Positions 18,668-27,148 of a DNA stretch of 64,000 nt are shown here, piece by piece. Location: positions 12,963 through 76,962 of the forward strand of contig JBAWWL010000010.1 of the NCBI GenBank assembly GCA_037146775.1. Reading direction: 5' to 3'. A program made the position numbers and the translations under genes. The notes under the pieces were generated by a model. It was not told the origin of the DNA and did no database searches. It saw only the letters and a program-made list of their open reading frames with translations. The first letter of the stretch is position 1, and the number at the start of each line of letters is the position of its first letter. This DNA comes from Candidatus Omnitrophota bacterium. GTDB lineage: Bacteria > Omnitrophota > Gorgyraeia > Duberdicusellales > 4484-171.

Positions 18668-19291
18668 CTATTGTAATACTACTGAAAATGTAACTGTGCC
18701 GTTATATGTTCCGGCTGGTTTATCGGTTATCGGCGCAGAGCCAGCTGGTTCCCCTGGTGCTCCGGTAGCTAATCCGTAATATGCGCGCACAATTCTGGGT
18801 ACACCCGCATTTCCATTATAAATTACTTTGTTGGTCGCAAAAGCAAGTGATGTGGCAGTGAAACTATCTCCGGCCGGCATAGCCCCTTGAGCAATGCCAT
18901 TAACCGCGTCTTGCGATTTATAGTCGGGTGTCATCATAAGGTTATTGTTAAGATCGCTTCCGCCGGTGGTTGTAAAGCCGTTGCAAGTTTGTTGCAGCCT
19001 ATATGCGCTGCCGGCAGTTCTTCCGATCAGAAATACCGTAAAGTATTTTCCAGCAAGATAGATACCATTTGTTTGATCGTAAGTAAGTGTGCCAAAATCC
19101 ATGCTTGTTACTGCCGCTGATCCTGCTCCGTATGGGTCAACTCCTGGTGGTGCTGATTGTATCCAATAGGTTAATTCAAGTCCTGAAGGTACGATTGCGC
19201 GTACGGGGACACTTGCAGTACTGACAGCAAATGCCGGGTTGCTTAAGGCAACCATTAATGTTGCGACGATTAGGGTTATTATACGTCTCAT
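18668..19291 (-). CDS. Major pilin-like subunit (alternate/archaic chaperone-usher type)
   Basis: Signal ending AFA, N-terminal VSTASVPVRAIVPSGLEL, MDFGTL, C-terminal PAGTYNGTVTFSVV (CfaB/Csu-like). Confidence 0.75.
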   Translation of the reverse strand: MRRIITLIVATLMVALSNPAFAVSTASVPVRAIVPSGLELTYWIQSAPPGVDPYGAGSAAVTSMDFGTLTYDQTNGIYLAGKYFTVFLIGRTAGSAYRLQQTCNGFTTTGGSDLNNNLMMTPDYKSQDAVNGIAQGAMPAGDSFTATSLAFATNKVIYNGNAGVPRIVRAYYGLATGAPGEPAGSAPITDKPAGTYNGTVTFSVVLQ

Positions 19292-19309
19292 TTAATCTCC
19301 TTTCATCCT

Positions 19310-20755
19310 TTAATGTTCCACTAAAGCGTAACTAATTTGTGCACGATAGTCTCCTGCCTTGGTATCTATGGGTACCTTGAGTGAATATTTCATCCGTATA
19401 ACTGAGGCATCACCGTTGGCATTTGAATTGAACACAACTGTGTCACCTAATTTTACCGGCACCCATTGGCTACAAAGCACTTCTCCTTTTTGGCCCTCTC
19501 CTATTTCGCCCAAATAGGTAAATAATTCTGCAGGAATCACATCTCCTTGGTTATTCGTAAGCGGAGCAGCCATTTTTTGCACTATCGAATATGGTTTTGT
19601 CATATTCGTTTTGATCTTAAGTATCACCTCCTTTTCTATGGGCGAATTCTCCTCAGTAACATTACTAAAATATAATCCTCCTGCGGTATCTGCTTCAACT
19701 GCAATTTCAAAAACTCTTTCGATATTTATTTGTATTTTTAACGGCAGACGCTTAAGCATTACGCCGTTTGATTCGAGTGTATAAACAATCATTCCCTGGA
19801 AAATTCCGCTTCCTACAGTATTGAGGCGATTTAGGTCAATATTAAAATTAATCGTTACGATATCGTTTTCACCTTGCGCGTCAGATGTATATATGGGTAT
19901 GGTTTTGAGCGTTATATTAGTTGGTGACGCATAAAGCGTTTGGCCGGTTTGTGCAGAAACTAAGAACGATAAAGCCTCATTGGGAAAAGATTCGTTTTTC
20001 TCGTTACGCAATGGCTCTTCGATTTGTTGTATAATTTGAATGCGTTCCCTTGTTTTTCCGGTTAGGGAAATTGTAATATTACCTTGAGCGTTGTTGTCGG
20101 AGGCTGATATTCGTAATAAATCAGCGCCTTGAGAGGATGTGGTTATTTTTACTTCAAGCTGTTGCTCAATAGTAAGATAAACATTTAAGATAAAAGTTTC
20201 TTCGCTCATTCCCCCTTCTATTGGTTTAAGCGTATACAGGATTCTACCTAAAAAATTTCCCGAAGCGTTAATCTTGCTATTATCAAATTCATAGGCAACA
20301 ATAAATGAATCGCTATTACCATTGGCTGAGGAAGTATAAATTACTTGTTCCATTGTATCCAGCGGTACCGGTGAAAGTTGATAAAGGCTACCCGAAGCGT
20401 TGCTCCCTTGCAGAGTATAAAAGTTTATCGCCTCACGGTCAATAAATACCCCCTGGTCGTTACGCAGTGGGTCAAGCAGGCGTTGGCGTATTTCATATTT
20501 TTTGCTCAAGTCAGAATTGATACGTATTTTGACTTGACGGCTTTGTCGCGCAAAAGAAGCGGTCCTGCTGAAACGCAAGCTTGTATCGCCGTCGATTGGA
20601 AGCACGGTAAGGCTGTTCGCGGCCCATGATGACGGAGAAGCCAGGAGACCAAGAAAGCAAAAAAATACAATAGCGGCTATTTTCTGTATATACCGTACTG
20701 CGTGTTGCATTACGCCAGATAGTGTTTGTAATTTATGATAAAAACCGGTACTCAC
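19310..20755 (-). CDS. Three-domain pilin-like (tip/minor) subunit
   Basis: Three repeats each with PLxN and ending SGNFLGRILY / SGIFQGMIVY / AGDYRAQISY; GTG 20755 with GGGAG RBS preferred over ATG 20815, which sits in the promoter. Confidence 0.7.
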   Translation of the reverse strand: MSTGFYHKLQTLSGVMQHAVRYIQKIAAIVFFCFLGLLASPSSWAANSLTVLPIDGDTSLRFSRTASFARQSRQVKIRINSDLSKKYEIRQRLLDPLRNDQGVFIDREAINFYTLQGSNASGSLYQLSPVPLDTMEQVIYTSSANGNSDSFIVAYEFDNSKINASGNFLGRILYTLKPIEGGMSEETFILNVYLTIEQQLEVKITTSSQGADLLRISASDNNAQGNITISLTGKTRERIQIIQQIEEPLRNEKNESFPNEALSFLVSAQTGQTLYASPTNITLKTIPIYTSDAQGENDIVTINFNIDLNRLNTVGSGIFQGMIVYTLESNGVMLKRLPLKIQINIERVFEIAVEADTAGGLYFSNVTEENSPIEKEVILKIKTNMTKPYSIVQKMAAPLTNNQGDVIPAELFTYLGEIGEGQKGEVLCSQWVPVKLGDTVVFNSNANGDASVIRMKYSLKVPIDTKAGDYRAQISYALVEH

Positions 20756-20805
20756 TCTGATCTCCCTTTCTGTAACTTGATAAATAGAAACATTTACATT
20801 TGCAA

Positions 20806-20834
20806 AATATAGCATATTTTACTATATTTTTCAA
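20806..20834 (-). promoter_or_regulatory. sigma70 promoter of pilus operon
   Basis: TTGAAA-17 nt-TATATT with TG extension. Confidence 0.55.
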
Positions 20835-21059
20835 GGCAAAACAGTTTTGCGAATTGACTCACATTAAGTGTCGCTCAAATATTTTATACGGGTATTGTTT
20901 CAGTCCGAGACTGATCCGTTCCCTGGCGGAGACACATAATTAATTTAACCAAAAATATATAATAATTTTATTATAGGGGGTTCGTGGATTAAATCTATTG
21001 TACCTAGGTATAACAAGACATGGTTAACTTTAGAATGAATATATGATTAATGGTGTTGT

Positions 21060-21188
21060 CTATCGGACCAAGTTGATTTTTCCTTTATGCTCATTAAGGA
21101 ACGGCTCCACGGTAGGTGCGACAAAATATTGATAGGCTTTTATTAAGCCAAAAATGATTATGCCGACTATAATGAGTTTTTTTATCAT
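21060..21188 (-). CDS. 42-aa single-TM small protein (MIKKLIIVGIIIFGLIKAYQYFVAPTVEPFLNEHKGKINLVR)
   Basis: Read manually, below the ORF-track cutoff; basic N-terminus plus TM helix, just downstream of the 114-aa gene. Confidence 0.5.
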   Translation of the reverse strand: MIKKLIIVGIIIFGLIKAYQYFVAPTVEPFLNEHKGKINLVR

Positions 21189-21212
21189 TGCGTATTGTAA
21201 TGTTAGCGCGAG

Positions 21213-21557
21213 TTATTTATATGTCTGGAAGCCGGGCATGCGATCACTTTTTACTTTTTGGAAGCGGCTATCCTCGACGCTCATTAACGCTTTTATGTGA
21301 TGCCATGGGATAAGGATGTTGGTGCGTAATTTTTCTTTTACCTGTTTGGTTACAGGTATTAAACTGCCGTTTTCATCCCACCATATGCCTAGTTCATATG
21401 CCGGATTTTCTATCCAGACGCCGATATCTTCTATGCCGGTTATGACCGCCCATAGTTCATCTTTAAAGATTTGAAAAAGCCCAAGATCTCCGCGTATTTC
21501 ATCCGCAAATTTAAAAAGTACCAATTTGCCTTTTAGCTCTTCTATTTGCATGTACAC
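21213..21557 (-). CDS. Hypothetical protein, possible Sm/Hfq-like beta fold
   Basis: AGGAGG RBS; AVITGIEDIGVWIE...ILIPWHHIKAL. Confidence 0.7.
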   Translation of the reverse strand: MYMQIEELKGKLVLFKFADEIRGDLGLFQIFKDELWAVITGIEDIGVWIENPAYELGIWWDENGSLIPVTKQVKEKLRTNILIPWHHIKALMSVEDSRFQKVKSDRMPGFQTYK

Positions 21558-21586
21558 CTCCTTTAGAATAAATTATAGATAATTCT

Positions 21587-21615
21587 ATTGTACTGTAACG
21601 AGATTCTTTTTGCAA
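21587..21615 (-). promoter_or_regulatory. sigma70 promoter
   Basis: TTGCAA-17 nt-TACAAT. Confidence 0.6.
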
Positions 21616-21628
21616 TCATTATGCATAT

Positions 21629-22444
21629 TCATACAAAGAAGTGGTTATCCCGGTATTGCAATAAGTGTTCGGCGTGCATGCTGTTGAGTTGTTTGCGCAG
21701 GCGTGGCGCGGTTGCCTTGGTTTCCTTTTGTAAGGAAGAAAATGTGCGTTTATTCTTTACAAGTAGCGCTCGTATGATTTGCCCTCTGAGTTGCCGGTCT
21801 GAGCCGGGAAAGGTGCTTTGTCTGCGATAATGAGCGCTTTTGCGATTTGGGTTGATATTATTTTCTTTTATGAACGTGCCGTAATCCATCAATGCCCAAT
21901 ACCAGCGTCGCGGGTTACGGCGATCGAGAGTTTGTTTAATCAACGTAATAATTTGTCCGTCACTAATGGCCGCTTTGTTTCTGAGAAAACAGTGGATAAA
22001 TACGCTGCGAATATTGGTTTCGATGAATACTGTCGGCTGGTTAAATGCAAAGGTGCAAATACTGGAAGCAGTAGTCCGGCCAATTCCTGGTAGCGAATCC
22101 AATGTTTCTATGTTCTCTGGAATGACGCCACGATGTGCTTGTGTAACTTGTTGAGCGATTTTTTTCAGCCATAACGCCCGGCGATTATATCCAAGCCCCT
22201 GCCATACGCGCAAGATATTGCCCAGAGGCGCAGCCGCTAAGATTTTTATGGTGGGAAAGGTTTTAATGAATTGCCCGTATTTTTCAATAACACGCAAAAC
22301 CTGTGTTTGCTGCAACATAATTTCGGAAACCAGTATGTGGTAGGGATTGGTTGCCTTGCGCCAAGGTAAATTACGTTTGTGAATGCGATAGTGGGATAGT
22401 ACCATTCTCTGGAACTTTTCTATTCGTTTTTCAGATAAAACCAT
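21629..22444 (-). CDS. mutY: A/G-specific adenine glycosylase, short form without the Fe-S cluster motif
   Basis: RNLPWR, VSEIMLQQTQV, WQGLGYNRRA, HhH LPGIG, ALMDYG; no Cys cluster. Confidence 0.9.
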   Translation of the reverse strand: MVLSEKRIEKFQRMVLSHYRIHKRNLPWRKATNPYHILVSEIMLQQTQVLRVIEKYGQFIKTFPTIKILAAAPLGNILRVWQGLGYNRRALWLKKIAQQVTQAHRGVIPENIETLDSLPGIGRTTASSICTFAFNQPTVFIETNIRSVFIHCFLRNKAAISDGQIITLIKQTLDRRNPRRWYWALMDYGTFIKENNINPNRKSAHYRRQSTFPGSDRQLRGQIIRALLVKNKRTFSSLQKETKATAPRLRKQLNSMHAEHLLQYRDNHFFV

Positions 22445-22557
22445 TTGATTGGTCTAGGATAACTTTTGCGGTATATATTACATGAGGCTGTTACTAACGA
22501 TGTTCTATTGTACTGTAAGTCGACAGTATTGAAAAGATGTAATAATTCGTCTGTAAA

Positions 22558-22673
22558 TGAAGCCTTCCGTAGCCCCTCGGGCTAAAAGCCCGAGGTTTCA
22601 GCATAGCTAATACTAAACGGCGCACCATATAATCCGCGTTATGAATACCGCGGTTTTGGCGCCGTGAATGTAT
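22558..22673. mobile_element. Non-coding double-hairpin element, possibly an IS200/IS605-related MITE/PATE
   Basis: cctcgggct-aaa-agcccgagg, and acggcgc...ccgcg..cgcgg...gcgccgt nested stem; no transposase. Confidence 0.45.
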
Positions 22674-22701
22674 AAAAAGGCACTGGCGTGTGCCAGTGCC
22701 T
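22674..22701 (-). terminator. Intrinsic terminator of 134-aa gene
   Basis: aggcactggc-N4-gccagtgcct stem followed by T5 on the minus strand. Confidence 0.75.
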
Positions 22702-22730
22702 GCGTTTATTCTATCTAAAAACTTGGACGA

Positions 22731-23135
22731 TTAATAGAAGTATCTTGTTTCCCAATGACCGCCATCCTCTACCTTATATTTTATATAGTGTCCTTCAACT
22801 ATTACTTCGCCATAACCCGCATGGTATTCTTTGTGTTCTGGAACGTATATTCTGCGCCAAGCATAGTCAGGAACCCATGTACGATCGCTACGTTCATCAT
22901 GTCGGTAATGATCATCGCGGCGGTTGTCTCTGCTCCTCGCGTATTGATTTTTATCTTTAGTGCGGTTTATGCCGGTCATAGTGCCAATAACGTCAACTTT
23001 GCCTCCGGTAATAATCCGTACACCCTCAATTCCCGTCAATATTTTTCCTGCTACATCCCAATCACTGGCAAAACTTTTTTCGCAACACCCCAGGAGTATC
23101 GCAGTTACGAATACAAGAACGATAGTTTTTTTCAT
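22731..23135 (-). CDS. Secreted protein with YXWGXW-like repeats
   Basis: Signal peptide, TWVPDY, IYVPEH, VEGHY, GGHW; AGGAGG RBS. Confidence 0.75.
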   Translation of the reverse strand: MKKTIVLVFVTAILLGCCEKSFASDWDVAGKILTGIEGVRIITGGKVDVIGTMTGINRTKDKNQYARSRDNRRDDHYRHDERSDRTWVPDYAWRRIYVPEHKEYHAGYGEVIVEGHYIKYKVEDGGHWETRYFY

Positions 23136-23219
23136 GGTCTACCTCCTTTTTCTCAACCATCCTTAGTGCTCGCACCAGGATTTATTTTATATAAATGACA
23201 CTTAGTGCCCTTCAGATAT

Positions 23220-23248
23220 TTAGACACACATATTACGCAAAAAGTTCC
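23220..23248 (-). promoter_or_regulatory. RpoE/ECF-sigma promoter
   Basis: GGAACTT-16 nt-GTCTAA, a canonical sigmaE consensus, about 85 nt upstream of the 134-aa gene. Confidence 0.7.
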
Positions 23249-23332
23249 CAGAGGCTTGGATTATTTTACGGAGAAAAATAATGCGTTAGGCGTGTGTAGA
23301 AGGTTAGGGCAATTGCGGTTATCTTCGGTGGG

Positions 23333-23593
23333 TTACTTCTTTACGGTTATTTTTTTCAAGGAATAAACAAAGTTTATCGCAAAGCCGAATAAAACTGCCC
23401 AAAACCACCAGTTATCCGGCGTTTTGCCTTGAAGCAATTGTGCATATGAACGGGTTAATCCGCAACCAGGACAGTTGCTGAAAATGATTTGTATGGGGCA
23501 GGTATATGCGACATGCACCGAGAAGATCGCATACCAGGTGGAAATGAGTGTCCAGACAATAAACGGAAAATTATAACCTAGAAATAGAGCCAT
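23333..23593 (-). CDS. DUF2752-like membrane protein
   Basis: CP....CPGCGLTRS. Confidence 0.8.
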   Translation of the reverse strand: MALFLGYNFPFIVWTLISTWYAIFSVHVAYTCPIQIIFSNCPGCGLTRSYAQLLQGKTPDNWWFWAVLFGFAINFVYSLKKITVKK

Positions 23594-23637
23594 ACGTCTA
23601 TCGGGTAAATGTTTTCTTGTGCAGCCAGAGGTACGCT

Positions 23638-23859
23638 TTAGTTTCCTTCTAGCGGTGTACCGCTTGCGTCAGGTAGTTTGTGGGTAGCAATCAAAATAAT
23701 GTCAACGATCCACCAAATACCGCAGCCTCCCCCGGTGATAAGTTTCAAAATACCTAATCCGACATAACCAAGATAAAATCTGTCCACGCCTAAGCTACCG
23801 ACTAAAATGGAAAGTATGAGCGCTACCAGAAAACTTTTTCCTTCTTTTTTTTCTACCAT
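23638..23859 (-). CDS. TM2 domain protein
   Basis: GSLGVDRFYLGYVGLGILKLITGGGCGIWWIVD; start MVEKK with GGAGG RBS. Confidence 0.9.
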   Translation of the reverse strand: MVEKKEGKSFLVALILSILVGSLGVDRFYLGYVGLGILKLITGGGCGIWWIVDIILIATHKLPDASGTPLEGN

Positions 23860-24111
23860 ACTGTCACCTCCTACTATCATATATTTTTTATCCAACCGAC
23901 CACAATTATTATACCGTATGGTATGCCTTCCGGCAATAGAAAACAGCTTAAAAAATTCTTTCTTGTAATGGGATATCCTCAAGTATCAGGGTATGTCTAT
24001 TTTGTGTGTTCACTTTATATGTTATTTTTTTGTGGTCGAGAATTGAAGCTTCACCGGGTAATTAAGCATTTAAAGAATCTCGAGATTTAAGATAAAGCAG
24101 ATCAGGAGGTT

Positions 24112-25479
24112 TTATTTCTTTTCTTCTTTTGTGCCGAAAATTGCATTGATCGCATCAATTGCTTTTTGTGCGGTAGTATCATTGGTTGGCGCAGAGCCGT
24201 CTTCCGAGGAAGGAGATTTGATGTTTTTTTCGATGACTTTGCGCAGTATGTCCATTCCTTGTTTCTCTATCCGTTTTTGTATTGTTTTGAGGGCTGGTTT
24301 TGTTAACTGGGCCAGGGCTTCTTGAAAGCCTTTAAATTCCGGCTTTTCTAGAGTTCCGGTTATTGCGAATTGTAAGGTAAGCGGAGTAATATCGTTTAGT
24401 GTCTCGCAAAGTATGGGTAATGGCATGAACATATCGGCTACAGTTCCGGTTTCTTGCACGGAAAATTTATGGTTGGCGAGGGTGAGGTTATTTTTTGAAT
24501 CAAGCGCATCGTCAGTTAATATTGTTTTTGATTCTAACTGTAAGGTACCTTTTTCTATGTTTACCGGAAGCGAATCCCGATAGACAAAGCGTATCGCGTC
24601 AAGATCGACGTCTTCGGCATTCAACAAGTACTGGGTTTGTACCGTATCTTGGTTTAGTTTCGTGAGATAATCCAATTCAATCGTTCCGGCAAGGCGTTGA
24701 TTGGCGCTAATTTTTCCGGAAAGCCTGCAACGCTCCAGGCGCAGGTTATTTTGTGAGTCGAAAAATAATTTGTTAAGCAGTATGTGTGCCTCGGTTATCG
24801 CCACCGTGTTACCGTCGTCAAGGGAAACAATAATATTTGCATCGGAAATACGCAATTTTTTTATGCCAAATAAATATTCTCCCGTAAGCGGCCGGAATAT
24901 TACTCTGCGGCCATGAGGAATTTTTATTACTTCCGTCACAGTTTTAGCAGCATCTTTTCGTTCAACTTTTGCTTTTGCGAGTTGCTTTTTGGAAAAGCGT
25001 TGTTTTATAATTTCATATAATTTACTGAACCAGTCTTTTTTCTCTCGAAGTATATTGCCGAGATCGCTCGTTTGTTTTTTTTCGGGGGTCGATTCTTTTC
25101 TCCCTATTTTTTCGATATTAAATGTCCCGTCCGGACTACCTTGCGTATTTATTTCTAAGCTATCAATGCTGACCCCGTTAAACATAATCCGCCTTGAAAG
25201 CAGGCCAAAAAAGCTCAAGCTAGCTTTCATATTATTAATTGCAACTATACGGATTTGCGGCTGGTCCGGATCGAAAACTTTTAGATTTTTAAGCTCAATA
25301 GTTAAAGTAAGCGGCCAGAGATGCATTTTTTCAAGCGAAATTTTTGCCGCTGTTTTTTCATTGATAGTTTTAACGGCCAAAGAGGTAAGCGCGGGGCTTG
25401 CGATAAAGCCGACAACAAGATGCAGGAGAATAAGTATAACAAGCAGAATAATGAGATTTTTTATTTTGAGTCTTTTCAT
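24112..25479 (-). CDS. AsmA/DUF748-like (TIGR03545-like) periplasmic protein
   Basis: N-terminal TM, beta-taco style repeats, DGTFNI, ITGTLEKPEF; paired with TIGR03546 gene. Confidence 0.65.
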   Translation of the reverse strand: MKRLKIKNLIILLVILILLHLVVGFIASPALTSLAVKTINEKTAAKISLEKMHLWPLTLTIELKNLKVFDPDQPQIRIVAINNMKASLSFFGLLSRRIMFNGVSIDSLEINTQGSPDGTFNIEKIGRKESTPEKKQTSDLGNILREKKDWFSKLYEIIKQRFSKKQLAKAKVERKDAAKTVTEVIKIPHGRRVIFRPLTGEYLFGIKKLRISDANIIVSLDDGNTVAITEAHILLNKLFFDSQNNLRLERCRLSGKISANQRLAGTIELDYLTKLNQDTVQTQYLLNAEDVDLDAIRFVYRDSLPVNIEKGTLQLESKTILTDDALDSKNNLTLANHKFSVQETGTVADMFMPLPILCETLNDITPLTLQFAITGTLEKPEFKGFQEALAQLTKPALKTIQKRIEKQGMDILRKVIEKNIKSPSSEDGSAPTNDTTAQKAIDAINAIFGTKEEKK

Positions 25480-26021
25480 TTTTGTATGCGGTTTGCGACC
25501 CGGTCCACTCGGGAGGTAACCTTATCTATCTTCTGAATCCGACGTGCCCAGCGGCCGAAACCGGAATCAAATATTTTTTGGGCAACCCGTGGGCGTATTT
25601 GTACGCTCAAGAATTTTGCGATCAGATATACCGGTATAAGCAGCAGACAGGAAAATGCCAGGCCACCGGCAACCAGAGTGTTATTGATATCTAAAAGCGC
25701 AACTAGCGGCAGATGTGTGAGCCAGCGCCAGAAATTCGCGAGGAATTTTGCGTCAATAAGAAGATAACCGCCGATTTTATCGGTAATGGCGCTTACTCCG
25801 GCTATATAGAGCAGTTTAAACATGGGTAAACTGATTGCGGTGGCAATGCGGTTTACATTGATGATGAAGAAAAAAAGGAAAAGCATTAAAGCCATTACTC
25901 CGTTCCAGGGTACAAAGCTAAGAAGCATCGCAAAGCAGACGCCGGCGGCTATTTCGCGATGAGAAACGCTTGGTTCAAAGAAATTAATGATCGTTGCCGG
26001 GATGTTGACGAAAGAAAACAT
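25476..26021 (-). CDS. TIGR03546/DUF2062 membrane protein
   Basis: EIAAGVCFAMLLSFVP, DKIGGYLL, NNTLVAGG. Confidence 0.8.
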   Translation of the reverse strand: MFSFVNIPATIINFFEPSVSHREIAAGVCFAMLLSFVPWNGVMALMLFLFFFIINVNRIATAISLPMFKLLYIAGVSAITDKIGGYLLIDAKFLANFWRWLTHLPLVALLDINNTLVAGGLAFSCLLLIPVYLIAKFLSVQIRPRVAQKIFDSGFGRWARRIQKIDKVTSRVDRVANRIQK

Positions 26022-26644
26022 TATTTCCCCTTATTTTTTAGTTTCTGTAACTCGATAGCAATTATGGAGGTGTCAGGGAGCTCGTTGATGTCATGGACTT
26101 TTATATAACGAATGATCCCTTTTTTGTCAATCACAAATATGGCGCGTTCGGCCACCCCGTCTTCACGTAAAACCCCGTATCTATCGGCAACTGCACCATG
26201 CGGCCAGAAATCGGAAAGTAATTCAAACCAAAGTCCTCCCAGGGCTTTTTGCCATGCGGATAGCGTAGGGATATTGTCAACGGTAATGCTCAATAAAACT
26301 GCATCACATTCTTCAAAGAGAGGTTGGAGGCTATCGTATGAGGGTAGCTGGTTTGAGCATACCGGAGTCCATGCTGCCGGGATAAAAGCAATTACTATAT
26401 TTTTTTTACCGCGGTATTCGTTTAAAAGTATTCTTTTTCCAGAGGTAGATAGTAAGCTAAAATCAGGAGCGGCTTCCCCAATTTTAACCTTAAGCGTGCT
26501 TTCGGTGGGTTTAAGTTTTCCGGGGTTATAAATAAGCCTTTCTGCTTCGCGCGATTGAGCGAAACCAAAAAAAATCGTTAATAATAACGTCAACAATGCG
26601 GTGAGGAATATTGATAAAATTTTCATAAAATCAGCATTGCGCAA
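26021..26644 (-). CDS. Exported peroxiredoxin (AhpE-like)
   Basis: GEAAPDFSL, FIPAAWTPVCS, LLSDFWPHG, ERAIFVID. Confidence 0.88.
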   Translation of the reverse strand: MRNADFMKILSIFLTALLTLLLTIFFGFAQSREAERLIYNPGKLKPTESTLKVKIGEAAPDFSLLSTSGKRILLNEYRGKKNIVIAFIPAAWTPVCSNQLPSYDSLQPLFEECDAVLLSITVDNIPTLSAWQKALGGLWFELLSDFWPHGAVADRYGVLREDGVAERAIFVIDKKGIIRYIKVHDINELPDTSIIAIELQKLKNKGK

Positions 26645-26791
26645 AGAATCTTATTACTGACGGCTAATTATAAAGCTTTATAGTTAATCTGACAATAATA
26701 ATTTAATCCAAGAAATTATTCGTTATCCGAGGAACTGATAGTTTTGGTGGATTCAATATATTTTTCGGTTAACAATTTTAGCTTTGAATCC

Positions 26792-27136
26792 TCATCTTTT
26801 CATAACCATGATACTCAATGCTTTTAGCCCAGATAGTGAGTTATCGACATATTCTACCGCGACTTCATCCGACACTTTAACCTCAAGGAAACCCACCTTG
26901 TCGGTACCTTTAATTATTTCTGTGTCAGAAGAAACTATTAATGTTATCTCGTCAATTTTACCGAAATGCATTGTTCTTACGGAAATTTTATTACCGACCC
27001 AATCAACTTCTTCCAGCGTTCCGGTAATACGTTTTATCTCGTTGTTTTGGTTATGATTTTGACCATAGCAAAAGATGCCGAAAAAAACGGATAATACGAT
27101 AAATAAAAATATTCTTTTTTTGAGCATAATTTTCAT
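26792..27136 (-). CDS. Secreted OB-fold-like hypothetical protein
   Basis: Signal; ITGTLEEVD, DEVAVEY (DUF5666-like pattern). Confidence 0.65.
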   Translation of the reverse strand: MKIMLKKRIFLFIVLSVFFGIFCYGQNHNQNNEIKRITGTLEEVDWVGNKISVRTMHFGKIDEITLIVSSDTEIIKGTDKVGFLEVKVSDEVAVEYVDNSLSGLKALSIMVMKR

Positions 27137-27148
27137 CGGAGGACAGTA

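Noticed and set aside
20756-20815. Longest-ORF start extensions (also at 3765, 8971, 23982, 33429, 35486, 44279)
   Set aside because: They overlap promoters or upstream genes; downstream starts have better RBS or translational coupling
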